In this document: one piece after another, positions 1 to 11,241 of the stretch
How positions within the stretch are numbered: the first letter of the stretch is position 1
How the letters are laid out: every line of letters starts with the position of its first letter
NCBI GenBank assembly: GCA_950097015.1
Contig: CATNEN010000001.1
Span: 16,740,001-16,804,000, forward strand
Direction of reading: 5' to 3'
Source: Macrostomum hystrix
Taxonomy: Eukaryota > Animalia > Platyhelminthes
Length of the DNA: 64,000 nt
Notes under the pieces: generated by a model
Told to the model about the DNA's origin: nothing
What the model saw: only the letters and a program-made list of their open reading frames with translations
The model's database searches: none
Made by a program: the position numbers and the translations under genes

Positions 1-2
1 TG

Positions 3-1798
3 GCCTATCTAACAGCCGAACAAGCGCTGGCTGATTTCGCATTCTTTCTTAGCAATCTAAAAAACATTGAGCCTAAACTCGCTGTTAAACGATCGCCAGT
101 GATTGCTATTGGTGGCTCCTATGGCGGTATGCTGGCTGCTTGGATGCGACACAAATATCCACATTTGGTGCAGGGCGCCCTTGCCTCATCGGCTCCTGTG
201 CAACAATTCATCAACGTTACTAGCTGCTTTGCATTCTCCGCAGCTGTTACAAATGCTTTCGCTAGGGCTTCGCCAAAGTGCTCAGTGAGTAGCTCTAGGG
301 TGCTTGTTGTTATAAGAGTCAGAAAGTGTGGTAAATGCATTTTTACGGTGCTGGGAACATCAAAGATTGTTCTAGGACGCGTAAATAGAAGCGGCTGTTC
401 TTGTGGGGCGCTCAGAAATGGGGTGGCTGTCCTATGGTGGGATAGGAAATGGGGTGGCTGTTCTATGGTGGGATAGGAAATGGGGTGGCTGTTCTATGGT
501 GGGATAGGAAATGGGGTGTGCGTGTGCCTTTTCTAGGATGAGAAATGGGGTGGCTGTTCTATGGTGTGATAAGAACTGGGGTGGCTGTTCTAGGATGAGA
601 TAAGAAATGGGTAGGCTGTTATAGGGTGTGATAAGAAATTGGGTGGCTGTTCTAGGATGAGATAAGAACTGGGGTGGCTGTTCTAGGATGAGATAAGAAA
701 TGGGTAGGCTGTTATAGGGTGTGATAAGAAATTGGGTGGCTGTTCTAGGATGAGATAAGAAATGGGGCTATTTTTGGGTGTGATCTTAATGGGGTGGCCG
801 TTCTAGTCTAAGGTTCTGTTTTGGCTGAGAATTGCGTGGCTGTTCTAGCGTTCTATGTGGCAGAAAATGGGGTGGCTGTTCTTGGGGGAAGAAAAAATGG
901 GGTTGGTGGTGTTTAATGGCCAATCAACGCCCTCCCACCCGGCCAGGCGAACATCCGCAAGTCGTGGGACGCCATGGACCGCCTGTCGGCCTCAGGCCAA
1001 TCCGGACTCTCCCGCCTGTCCACAATATTCTCCACCTGTGCTCCTCTGGCCAACCAGACTGACGTGGCTGTTCTGAAAGCTTGGATCAATGGAGCCTACG
1101 TCACGGTTGCAATGGTGAATTATCCCTATCCGGCTAATTTCCTGCTTCCCCTACCTGGTTGGCCAGTGTCGGCCATGTGTCGGTCAATCTCGCCCGCCGG
1201 TGCCGATGTCAATGACGATGTCAGCCTGCTGACAGGCATAGCTTCAGCACTAAACCAGTCCTACTACAACTACACCGGCGATGTTGCCTGCCTGAACCTG
1301 ACTGCAGATCCCAGCTCGGTTACTCTGGACGATCGCGGCTGGTCTGTACAGTCCTGCAACGAGATGATCATGCCGGACTCGTGCTCAAATGGCATAACTG
1401 ACATGTTCCCACCTACTGATGATTTCAACCTCACAGCCTACACTGAGGGCTGCCTTGCTCAGTTCGGTGTGAGGCCGAGACCCAACTGGGTGATGACCCA
1501 GTTCTCAGGTGCCATTGACCCCATCGCCTGTTCCAACATATTCTACACCAATGGCGACCTAGATCCCTGGGCTCCGGGTGGAGTTTTGAAATCTCCCAAT
1601 GCCGACTGTCCGGCTGTGCTGATGAAAGATGCGGCGCATCATTTGGATCTGCGATCGGCCGACAACAGAGACCCGCCGGATGTGACTCGAGTGCGCAAAC
1701 TACAATGGGACTCTGTGCGGAAATGGTGCAACCAGTTTGCTTATAGTGCACAGCCGAAATCTCTGCTGGACCTTGACCGAGGGCGTGGCATTCTATAA
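3..1798 (+). CDS. PRCP: Lysosomal Pro-X carboxypeptidase-like serine peptidase (family S28), 3' part; exons <3-284 and 947-1798
   Basis: Translation gives YLTAEQALADFA, the nucleophile motif GGSYGGMLAAW, NGDLDPW (Asp) and AHHLDLR (His). The GT at 285 and AG at 945-946 join in phase 0 to give KCS-ANIRKSWDAM. The 5' end lies outside the window. The paralog DPP7 is not fully excluded. Confidence 0.9.
405..800. repeat. Degenerate ~30-bp minisatellite in the PRCP intron (gaaatggggtggctgttctatggtgggatag-like)
   Basis: Repeated units read directly from the sequence. Confidence 0.8.
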
Positions 1799-1931
1799 AT
1801 CAATTACGAGCTATAAACAGTAGTAAGGCCACGATATTATGGGGTATTTCAAATACTAACAGCCTATTTCCCAATAGCTCCCAAACCCAGTGAAAGATTT
1901 TCGTGAAAGTCCACCATATGGATCTAAATTT

Positions 1932-2242
1932 ACAGAGGACTGCGGGCAGTGGCACATCATCTAGTGACACTAGCCCCGCAGCCAGCGAGGAGGCAATTCT
2001 GCCCATTTCGCTGACTCCTGAGCACACACGTACGCAGGCACACGCTCACGCAGGTGTGTATATCTGCCCTGACTTTCTCACTGTGCCTTGGAGGTTGGCC
2101 CTCAAAGGTGTAAATTACACGACAGGCCTCCAAGCCTTCTCTCCGCGGCGGCGCCCCAAATGAACGTGGCCTCGCCGCGGAATCGAACATAGGGACCTTG
2201 GTGCGAGAGGCAAACGCGATAACCGTTCTGCCACCGACCCCC
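1932..2242 (-). mobile_element. tRNA-derived SINE, family A copy (PRCP 3' flank)
   Basis: Matches about ten other copies in the window. The reverse complement begins with a Pol III-like head (GGTGGCAGAACGG...GTTCGATTCC). Possible degenerate TSD: ctaaatttaca / ctaaattaaca. Confidence 0.8.
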
Positions 2243-2739
2243 CTAAATTAACATTATAATCAATACATTACATTTGACAATAATAGCCAGCATCGGATCT
2301 GAAGACATATCTGAAGTTGTTTAATTAGATTAAAAGTGAAAAATTTTAGCCGAGTGATCAGCACTTATTTTGATCAAACGGTTAATCGCCACGCATTATA
2401 AAACCGATTTCTTGGAATCTTATAGTAGAATTTTCCAATTTTTTATATTCGATTTTAAATTGTATTAAAAAATAAATTTTGGCTTAATTTTTTGCCAATT
2501 TTATAGTATATTTTTTAAAGATTTTTTCTTTAGAAATTTTTAACACTTTGTTAATTAACACTACAAATAAATGCCATCGAAATGTCACCTTACAGGGTTG
2601 AAAATTTGCATGCACTTGTTCTTGTTCTTGAAGTTTTTTATTTCTAAAATCAAACAGTCAATTTTTTGCTAATGTATCTATTAATCGGTTAGGATACGAG
2701 AACTGAAAACTTACAACGGGTCGTGATCTGACTAACCGG

Positions 2740-3350
2740 ACCCACTTAGAATGGGTCATGACCTGCCTACCCTGACCCACTTAGAATGGGTCATGACCTG
2801 CCTACCCTGACTGACCCACTTAGAATGGCTCATGACCTGCCTACCCTGACCCACTTAGAATGGGTCATGACCTGCCTACCCTGACCCACTTAGAATGGGT
2901 CATGACCTTCCTTCCCTGACCCACTCAGAATGGGTCATGACCTGCCTACCCTGACCCACTCAGAATGGGTCATGACCTGCCTACCCTGACCCACTCAGAA
3001 TGGGTCATGACCTGCCTACCCTGACCCACTCAGAATGGGTCATGACCTGCCTACCCTGACCCACTTAGAATGGGTCATGACCTTCCTACCCTGACCCACT
3101 CAGAATGGGTCATGACCTGCCTACCCTGACCCACTCAGAATGGGTCATGACCTGCCTACCCTGACCCACTTAGAATGGGTCATGACCTTCCTACCCTGAC
3201 CCACTTAGAATGGGTCATGACCTGCCTACCCTGACCCACTTAGAATGGGTCATGACCTGCCTACCCTGACCCACTTAGAATGGGTCATGACCTGCCTACC
3301 CTGACCCACTTAGAATGGGTCATGACCTGCCTTCCCTGACCCACTGACCC
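2740..3350. repeat. 35-bp minisatellite (gacccacttagaatgggtcatgacctgcctaccct), ~17 copies
   Basis: Tandem units read directly. Each unit contains the inverted repeat TGACCCA-N7-TGGGTCA. Confidence 0.95.
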
Positions 3351-3411
3351 ACTGATCAACTAATCAATTATTCAAGAACTCAAATCAGTGCGAACCTGTG
3401 CGAATTTGCAG

Positions 3412-6400
3412 GACAACTTCGTCGGTGTCACAGTGTTCGGTCGTGGCAACGCCTGTATCGATGCCTCCAACCCGGACCAGTTGAGGTTCCATCTTGTCGC
3501 TGACGCACTGACGGCGGCATCAAATGCTACTCCATTCGGTCTCAAACTGGACTGTCTGGCAGTTGAGCACAAATCTCGCCGACTATTTTACCAGGTATAA
3601 AAATAGTAATAGTAATAGTATTCGCATATGGCTATGGGCAATGGCCCATAATTTAGTGGCCTATCGTGACTTTCTCATCGTCAGTCAGTGTACACTCTCA
3701 CTGTGCCTTGGAGATTGGCCCTCAAAATCCACCTTGGTGCGAGAAGCAAACGCATTAGACCTCTCTGCCACTCACCTTCCAGGTATTTCCCAACAGTCAT
3801 TCGTTTCGTCATCCGGCCTGGCTGCCATGGTATACCGCCGAATTCGACGAAGATTACAGCGAGGCTATGATCAACGAACGAGAGCGGGAACTGCCCAGAC
3901 TGTTGCAGGCTGCTCCTGGCTGCAATGCCGATCAGACTCGGTCATCGCTGCACTACAGCCTAGACTGCCTGCCAGCCTGTCTGTTCTCACTGACCCTGCT
4001 GTGTATCTGCGGCGCTGGCGGACAAACTGCTGACGATGAGACTAAACTTGAGCACACTGTTGAAGCACTGCTCAGGGCTCAGCTTTGGCACGATGCTAGA
4101 ATTATATTAGTTGCAGCCGACGATGCTTTTAGTAAGGAATTGAGTGCCGCTGGATTGTCTTTCGTGTCGTTGAGTCGGTTGGATGAAGCTTGCGAGATGC
4201 TTGGCAAATCAGCGTTTAGATTCTGCTTACAGCTACAGGTGAGATGCTTTCCTACTAATGAGATTGGTGTAACAAGTTTTAGGTTTGGATTATTATGTAT
4301 CTAGTAGGTAGAATTTTATTATAAACAGAATTATGTTATATATATTTTCAAATCGGCAGGTTGCTTTCTTAAGAATTAAAAACTAACTTTCTTAGAAATA
4401 AATTCTTGCTTTCTTCGAAAAAAAATCTTGCTTTCTTAGAAATCAAACGCAAGCTTTCTTAGAAATCAAAAGCTAGTTTTCTTAGAAATCAAAAGCTAGT
4501 TTTCTTAGAAATCAAAAGCTAGTTTTCTTAGAAATCAAAAGCTAGTTTTCTTAGAAATCAAAAGCTAGTTTTCTAAGAAACCAAAAGCTGGTTTTCTTAG
4601 AAATCAAAAGCTAGTTTTCTTAGAAATCAAAAGCTAGTTTTCTTAGAAATCAAAAGCTTTAGAAATCAAAAGCCTTGGAAATCAAAAGCTAGTTTTCTTA
4701 GAAATCAAAAGCCTTGGAAATCAAAAGCTAGTTTTCTTAGAAATCAAAAGCCTTAGAAATCAAAAGCCTTGGAAATCAAAAGCCTTGGAAATCAAAAGCT
4801 TGTTTTCTTAGAAATCAAAAGCCTTAAAAATCAAAAGCTAGTTTTCTTAGAAATCAAAAGCTAGTTTTCTTAGAAATCAAAAGCTAGTTTTCTTAATAAT
4901 CAAAAGCTTGTTTTCTTCATCATCTGACAGCTTTTTCTTGGAAATGTAAGGATTGCTCTTCTGAAAATAATCAGGTTTCCTTCTTAGATATCATCAGATA
5001 GTTTTATCTAAAAAGCAACGGGTAGCTTTCCGAAATATCAGAATTTAGGCATTTTCGAAATAAAAAAAACCTACATTTTTTACAAGTCTAGAATTCAGCA
5101 CGCTGGTTAACAGGAAAGTTATAATAACTATATAGTGATAATAAGTCTTGACCTGACTATTTTGGTCAATCTAAGTGGTATATTTATTAGGCCTCAGTAG
5201 GGAGTGTTTTTAATGAAGTCCAAAGAATAGTACGAAAGTTTCTTAGAAATGAATCGGAGTTTTCTTAGAAATGAAATGCAGCAACGGTTTTCCTAGAATT
5301 TTAAAAGATCCAAATTACCTCTCTGCCCTTGTGAATATTGTCAGGCTGGCTCCAACGGCAAGGAGCCCATCGATGACTGCCTGCTAGAGGGCTTCTGCAT
5401 CGAACCAATGAGCGCCGAACAAATTGCTAAGAAACGAAATCAGAAAACTAGAAGTTCTGCTTTTAGTAGTCGCCTGGGTTTGCCAGCCACCCCTATGTTT
5501 GTCCGGTCCGTGTTTACTGTACTTGCCGAATCGCCTCTGACCTCCAGTGTGCCACTGATTCCAGTCGATGATGCCGAATACTCAGTTCGCTGCCTCTGCG
5601 ACCAGTCAAACACTGATTGGGCTAGATTTGTTGATTCTAATCCAACTCTGTTGCTACGGGCCGATGCCTGCCTACCAACTGATAGCGAGCTGGAGGCTCT
5701 GCCCTACACTCACCTGGCTAGCAAGGCTGACGAGAGGAGGCGATCGCTGAGGGCTCTGTCCAAAGCTGCCGAGAATACGGCCATGATGAATACCAGGGTC
5801 AACTGGTCCGAGTGAGTTCTTTTAGTGTGCTATTGACTACACGGATTTCCCTTGTCTGTCTTTACCTAATGATTAAGTTCTGATCTCCGGGATTTCCCTA
5901 ATCTGTGTTTAACTCGGGATTGGGATTTCCGTAATATGTGTTTAACCAAGGAATTCGAGGATTTCCTTGCCCGTCTTAAACTATGCATTGGAATTTCGTT
6001 AATCTGAATTAGGGATTAGAAATTCTCTAATCTGTTTTTAACTTAAGATTTAGGTTTTTCCTAATTTGTCTTAAACCTAGGGACTGGGATTTCTGTAATC
6101 TGTCTTTAACTAAGGATTGGGATGTCCCTAATCTGTCTCTAACCTAAGGATTGGGATTTCCCTAATCTGTCTCTAACCTAAGGATTGGGATTTCCCTAAT
6201 CTGTCTCTAACCTAGGGATTGGGGTTTCCCTAATCTGTCTCTAACCTAGGGATTGGGGTTTCCCTAATCTGTCTCTAACCTAGGGATTGGGGTTTCCCTA
6301 ATCTGTCTCTAACCTAGGGATTGGGATTTCCCTAATCTGTCTCTAACCTAGGGATTGGGATTTCCCTAATCTGTCTCTAACCTAGGGATTGGGGTTTCCC

Positions 6401-9400
6401 TAATCTGTCTCTAACCTAGGGATTGGGGTTTCCCTAATCTGTCTCTAACCTAGGGATTGGGATTTCCCTAATCTGTCTCTAACCTAGGGATTGGGATTTC
6501 CCTAATCTGTCTCTAACCTAGGGATTGGGGTTTCCCTAATCTGTCTCTAACCTAGGGATTGGGATTTCCCTAATCTGTCTCTAACCTTAGGATTGGGATT
6601 TCCCAAATCTATCTGTCTCTAACCTAGGGATTGGGATTTCCCTAATCTGTCTCTAACCTTAGGATTGGGATTTCCCAAATCTATCTGTCTCTAACCTAGG
6701 GATTGGGATTTCCCTAATCTGTCTCTAACCTAGGGATTGGGATTTCCCTAATCTGTCTCTAACCTAGGGATTGGGATTTCCCTAATCTGTCTCTAACCTA
6801 GGGACTGGGATTTCTGTAATCTGTCTTTAACTAAGGATTGGGATGTCCCTAATCTGTCTCTAACCTAGGGATTGGGATTTCCCTAATCTGTCTCTAACCT
6901 TGGGATTGGGATTTCCCTAATCTGTCTCTAACCTAGGGATTGGGTTTCCCTAATCTGTCTCTAACCTAGGGATTGGGTTTTCCCTAATCTGTCTCTAACC
7001 TAGGGATTGGGTTTTCCCTAATCTGTCTCTAACCTAGGGATTGGGTTTTCCCTAATCTGTCTCTAACCTAGGGATTGGGTTTTCCCTAATCTGTCTCTAA
7101 CCTAGGGATTGGGTTTTCCCTAATCTGTCTTTAACCTAGGGACTAGGGTTTTCCTAATCTGACTTATCATGTGTTTCAGAGTTATCAACATTTCACTAAA
7201 CCGTCTGTAGCGGCTGTAGGCTAGGTAGGTGTTCTAGCGTCGGACTCGCCACTTGAAGGTCGGGGGTTCGAGTCCTGACTCCACTGGAAACAAAATTGTA
7301 TCCTTTAGCAAGACTTTAAACTCTGCTTAGCTCCGTGTTTGTGGCGGGTGCTATCAATAATAAATAATAAAATCAACTAGCTCATATTTCCCTAATTCCC
7401 TCTAGGCAGCTGTGCATTCTCGGCCAGCGTTGCGTCAAAGCCAAACGCGACAGAAGCGTGTTTCGTCGCCTCCGAGTAGCTCCGTCTCGCACTGGCGCCT
7501 GCGTATGTCTGCTGTTCGGCTACTGGCCCAAGACTGGCCGGCTGGTGCAGCTGTTGCCTGCGGACTCCAGCGCGGCACTGCTCTCACTGTCCAATTTCTA
7601 CTTGGACTGTTGTTCGGCTAGGTGAGTGGATAGATTTCTGAATAACTGTGTTATTGGGATTTCCCTAAACTGTCTAATCCCAGTGATTTAGAGTTATTGG
7701 GATTTCCCTAAACTGTCTAATCTCAGTGATTCAGAGTAATTGGGATTTCCCTAAACTGTCTAATTCCAGTGATTCAGAGTAATTGGGATTTCCCTAAACT
7801 GTCTAATTCCAGTGATTCAGAGTAATTGGGATTTCCCTAAACTGTCTAATTCCAGTGATTCAGAGTTATTGGGATTTCCCTAAACTGTCTAATTCCAGTG
7901 ATTCAGAGTAATTGGGATTTCCCTAAACTGTCTAATTCCAGTGATTCAGAGTTATTGGGATTTCCCTAAACTGTCTAATTCCAGTGATTCAGAGTAATTG
8001 GGATTTCCCTAAACTGTCTAATTCCAGTGATTCAGAGTAATTGGGATTTCCCTAAACTGTCTAATTCCAGTGATTCAGAGTTATTGGGATTTCCCTAAAC
8101 TGTCTAATTCCAGTGATTCAGAGTAATTGGGATTTCCCTAATCTGTCTTATCCCAGTGATTCAGAGTAATTGGGATTTCCCTAAACTGTCTAATTCCAGT
8201 GATTCAGAGTTATTGGGATTTCCCTAAACTGTCTAATTCCAGTGATTCAGAGTAACTGGGATTTCCCTAAACTGTCTAATTCCAGTGATTCAGAGTAATT
8301 GGGATTTCCCTAAACTGTTTGATCCCAGTGATTTAGAGTTATTGGGATTTCCCTAAACTGTCAAATCCCAGGGATTCAGAGTAATTGGGATTTCCCTAAA
8401 CTGTTTGATCCCAGTGATTTAGAGTTATTGGGATTTCCCTAAACTGTCTTTTACATTCAGTGAAATTCATTCAGAAATTTTTATCTATTCTGATGTACAG
8501 CTACAGCGATTGCGCTGAGCGTCTAAATGCGGTGTACAGCTGTTAAGTTCATGGACTGTTGGTAAAGGACTGTTGGTTGGTCCATGGACTGTTAGTTAAG
8601 AAAATCGAAATCAGACATTTTTCCGAAATCATATCCATACTTCCCGAATCCCCAACTCTCCCCTCCGCAGAGACAACCTGGCTGATAAGAGCGGCACCGG
8701 AGGTCACGGCGCTGGTGGCAGAGTTGGCGAGACGGCTGAAGTCCTGCTCAGACTGCTAGCCAGGCCGCTGCTGCTCATGCCCGCTGATCGGCGGTTTCGC
8801 CTGCGTCAGGACGGAGCTCCCGTCACCGTGGCCAGACTGCTTCGCGTGCTGGCCGATTTTCTGGCAGCTCCTGCCACCAGCGGCTCGCCTGTTGAACATT
8901 TGAGAGGCCTGGCAAAACTGCTTGGCGTAGCCTGCGAACGGACAGTCAACAGGATGTGCAGTTTGGTGAGTAGGATGAAAAATCCTATTGTTCCATTCCC
9001 AGATCCTCAAATTGCCCATTCTTTGTATCCCCAACCATCAAATTGTAGACCCTTGAAATTCCTAATCCATAAACTGTACATCCTTTAAACTCCAGATCCT
9101 AAAGTTGTACATGTTTCTAATCCAACATCTTTAAATTTCCCATCCAAGTTTTCAAACCGTATGTCCCTAAAGTCCCAGATCCTCATATTGTAGATCCCTA
9201 AAGTCCCAGATCCTCATATTGTAGATCTCTAAAATCGCAGATCCTCATATTGTAGATCCTTAAAGTCATAGATCCTCATTTTGAACCTGCCCAAAATCCT
9301 AGATCCCTGAATTTCGCATCCTTCGAATCGCGAATCCTAATCGTATCGAGAGTTCCTCAAATCCCCATCACCAGCTTACATCCTACTGGCCCCCAAATCC

Positions 9401-10179
9401 CTACTCAGACTCTCGGTCAGGCGGCCCAGGACGATATCGGCGCCGTCCTGAGCTGCCTGTCGCCCAGCGGTCGCCCCCGCCGCGGCATCGCCAGCCCACT
9501 GCGTCCCGCCGGCGGCCGTCCGTCGGGTCCTCGCCTGGCCGTGGACCCGAGCATCGGCGTCAGCCTCGCCAGTGTCCGGTCGTTCATGTCTGACTACCTG
9601 ACGGAGCGTCAGGCCAATCCGGCTCTGGCTTTCAAAGCTATGCTCAAGATTCGCTATCACGATGTCTATTACAATCTGACCGCGGCCTCAGAGGCCAGGG
9701 AGCTGCGGCTGGCGCGGATGCAGGCTCGCCTGGTTACCAACGAGACAGCCAGCGCCTTCAGCTGCAGAACCAGCTGCATCCTGCGCCTCCACTCTCGCAC
9801 ACTGGCTAAGCGTAGGAGCTGCAGGCTGTCCGCTGCACCTACTCAGTCTTCTTCTTCTACTACTAGCGTTGCTAGGCGACAATCGGCGACCGTCAAGAAG
9901 CTGCCACTGGCTCCCAGTTTCAACGACGCCAAAGAGAATCAATCGTTGTTCAATGAAGAGGCCGCGTTGAAGCTGGCGGTTTCAACGGCTCTAGCCGGCG
10001 TTGGCTGCGCCGAAGATATCGGCATGGCCGACCAGTTGAAGCTTCTGGCATCGGCTGTGCTCAGCTCCGGCCTGCTGCCGCAGTCTGCCGGGGCGTCGCC
10101 TGGCAAGCGGATTCGTGACGCCGTCAGTATGCAGCTGGCCGCGTTGATGGCTATGAGGGGAGGGCTGCAGCCGCGCTGA
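3412..10179 (+). CDS. MTBP: MTBP (MDM2-binding protein / Sld7-like replication factor) homolog; exons 3412-3594, 3783-4238, 5345-5811, 7406-7621, 8671-8965, 9409-10179
   Basis: Six GT-AG exons join into one open frame (phases 0,0,2,2,0). The N-terminus DNFVGVTVFGRG...FHLVADALTAASN...SRRLFYQV resembles the vertebrate MTBP N-terminus as I recall it (MDRYLLLVIWGEG...YHLLKRSISASIN...KKWFFAV). The C-terminal IRYHDVYYNL...RLARMQARLVTNETAS resembles MTBP CHYHGIEYCL...LQSRLIRYETQT. No in-frame ATG precedes exon 1. Confidence 0.7.
3655..3778 (-). mobile_element. SINE family A fragment in MTBP intron 1, abutting the 3' splice site
   Basis: Shares gactttctcatcgtcag...gtgtacactctcactgtgccttggag...ccttggtgcgaga with the other copies. 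Confidence 0.7.
4430..4915. repeat. 23-bp minisatellite (tcaaaagctagttttcttagaaa), intronic
   Basis: Tandem units read directly. Confidence 0.9.
6070..7165. repeat. 34-bp minisatellite (taatctgtctctaacctagggattgggatttccc), intronic
   Basis: About 30 tandem units read directly. Confidence 0.95.
7210..7372 (+). mobile_element. Second, short tRNA-derived SINE-like element (family B)
   Basis: B box GGTTCGAGTCC at 7265-7275, followed by a CORE-like segment (ttgtatcctttagcaagactttaaactct) and an (AAT)-rich tail. Single copy in this window. Confidence 0.5.
7650..8450. repeat. 43-bp minisatellite (ttgggatttccctaaactgtctaattccagtgattcagagtaa), intronic
   Basis: About 18 tandem units read directly. 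Confidence 0.95.
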
Positions 10180-10212
10180 ACCTCGTGACTGCCGCGACTA
10201 TATTGTACGTAT

Positions 10213-10476
10213 TCAACCATCGGCTTCAAACATCAGCTTCAACCATCAGCTTCAACCATCGGCTTCAACCATCAGCTTCAACCATCAGCTTCAACCATCG
10301 GCTTCAACAATCAGCTTCAACCATCAGCTTCAACCATCAGCTTCAACCATCAGCTTCAACCAATCAGCTTCAACCATCAGCTTCAGCCATTGGCTTCAAC
10401 CATCAGCTTCAACCATCAGCTTCAACCAATCAGCTTCAACCATCAGCTTCAACCAATCAGCTTCAACCATCAGCTT
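10213..10476. repeat. 13-bp minisatellite (cagcttcaaccat) in the MTBP 3' flank/UTR
   Basis: Tandem units read directly. Confidence 0.9.
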
Positions 10477-10530
10477 TCGGTCATCGTCCTAATCAGATTT
10501 TTTAGAGTCTTCTGTAATCGCATTTCAAGA

Positions 10531-10850
10531 TCTAGTTCAGTGTATGACCATTCTAGTTCAGTGTATGATCATTCTAGTTCAGTGTATGATCATTCTAGTT
10601 CAGTGTATGATCATTCTAGTTCAGTGTATGATCATTCAAGTTCAGTGTATGACCATTCTAGTTCAGTTTATGATCATTCTAGTTCAGTGTATGATCATTC
10701 TAGTTCAGTGTATGATCATTCTAGTTCAGTGTATGATCATTCAAGTTCAGTGTATGACCATTCTAGTTCAGTTTATGATCATTCTAGTTCAGTTTATGAT
10801 CATTCTAGTTCAGTGTATGATCATTCTAGTTCAGTGTATGATCATGCTAG
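10531..10850. repeat. 21-bp minisatellite (tctagttcagtgtatgatcat), ~15 copies
   Basis: Tandem units read directly. They explain the SSSVYDH-repeat ORFs. Confidence 0.95.
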
Positions 10851-11037
10851 TTTAATGTGGTCATTCAAGCTACTACTAGTAGTTTAATTTATGAACTAAG
10901 CAATTTTTTAGCAAAATTATTGCTTGTAATTTGTCCTCTATTGTCTATTGTACTAAAATGGTGCTGCTTTTATTTTTAATTGTAAAATTTGTTATAATAA
11001 CTGTAACTTTTTATTGCGCATTTATACAAAATTTACA

Positions 11038-11043
11038 AATAAA
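11038..11043 (+). terminator. Candidate polyadenylation signal (AATAAA) of the MTBP-like gene
   Basis: AATAAA at the end of an AT-rich 3' region, ~100 nt before the next TTTCAG acceptor. Confidence 0.5.
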
Positions 11044-11241
11044 TCTAACTAAAAAACGTGTTGCAGTTAAATTTCTGCTTAGCTAGTTATCAATTGCATA
11101 AATTTGGCGTTGGTTTCAATTGAAGATTTGCTACTTTCAATATTTCAGATTTAGGCACGGTTTATGCTGATGTTGGCAATTTCACAAACACTAAATCTTT
11201 CAGAGGCCAAACTCTTGTTCTAAAGGCAGTGTAGTCTCAGC

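Noticed and set aside
2740-3350. CRISPR-like appearance (35-bp palindromic repeats)
   Set aside because: Units are directly adjacent with no unique spacers, there are no cas genes, and the context is eukaryotic.
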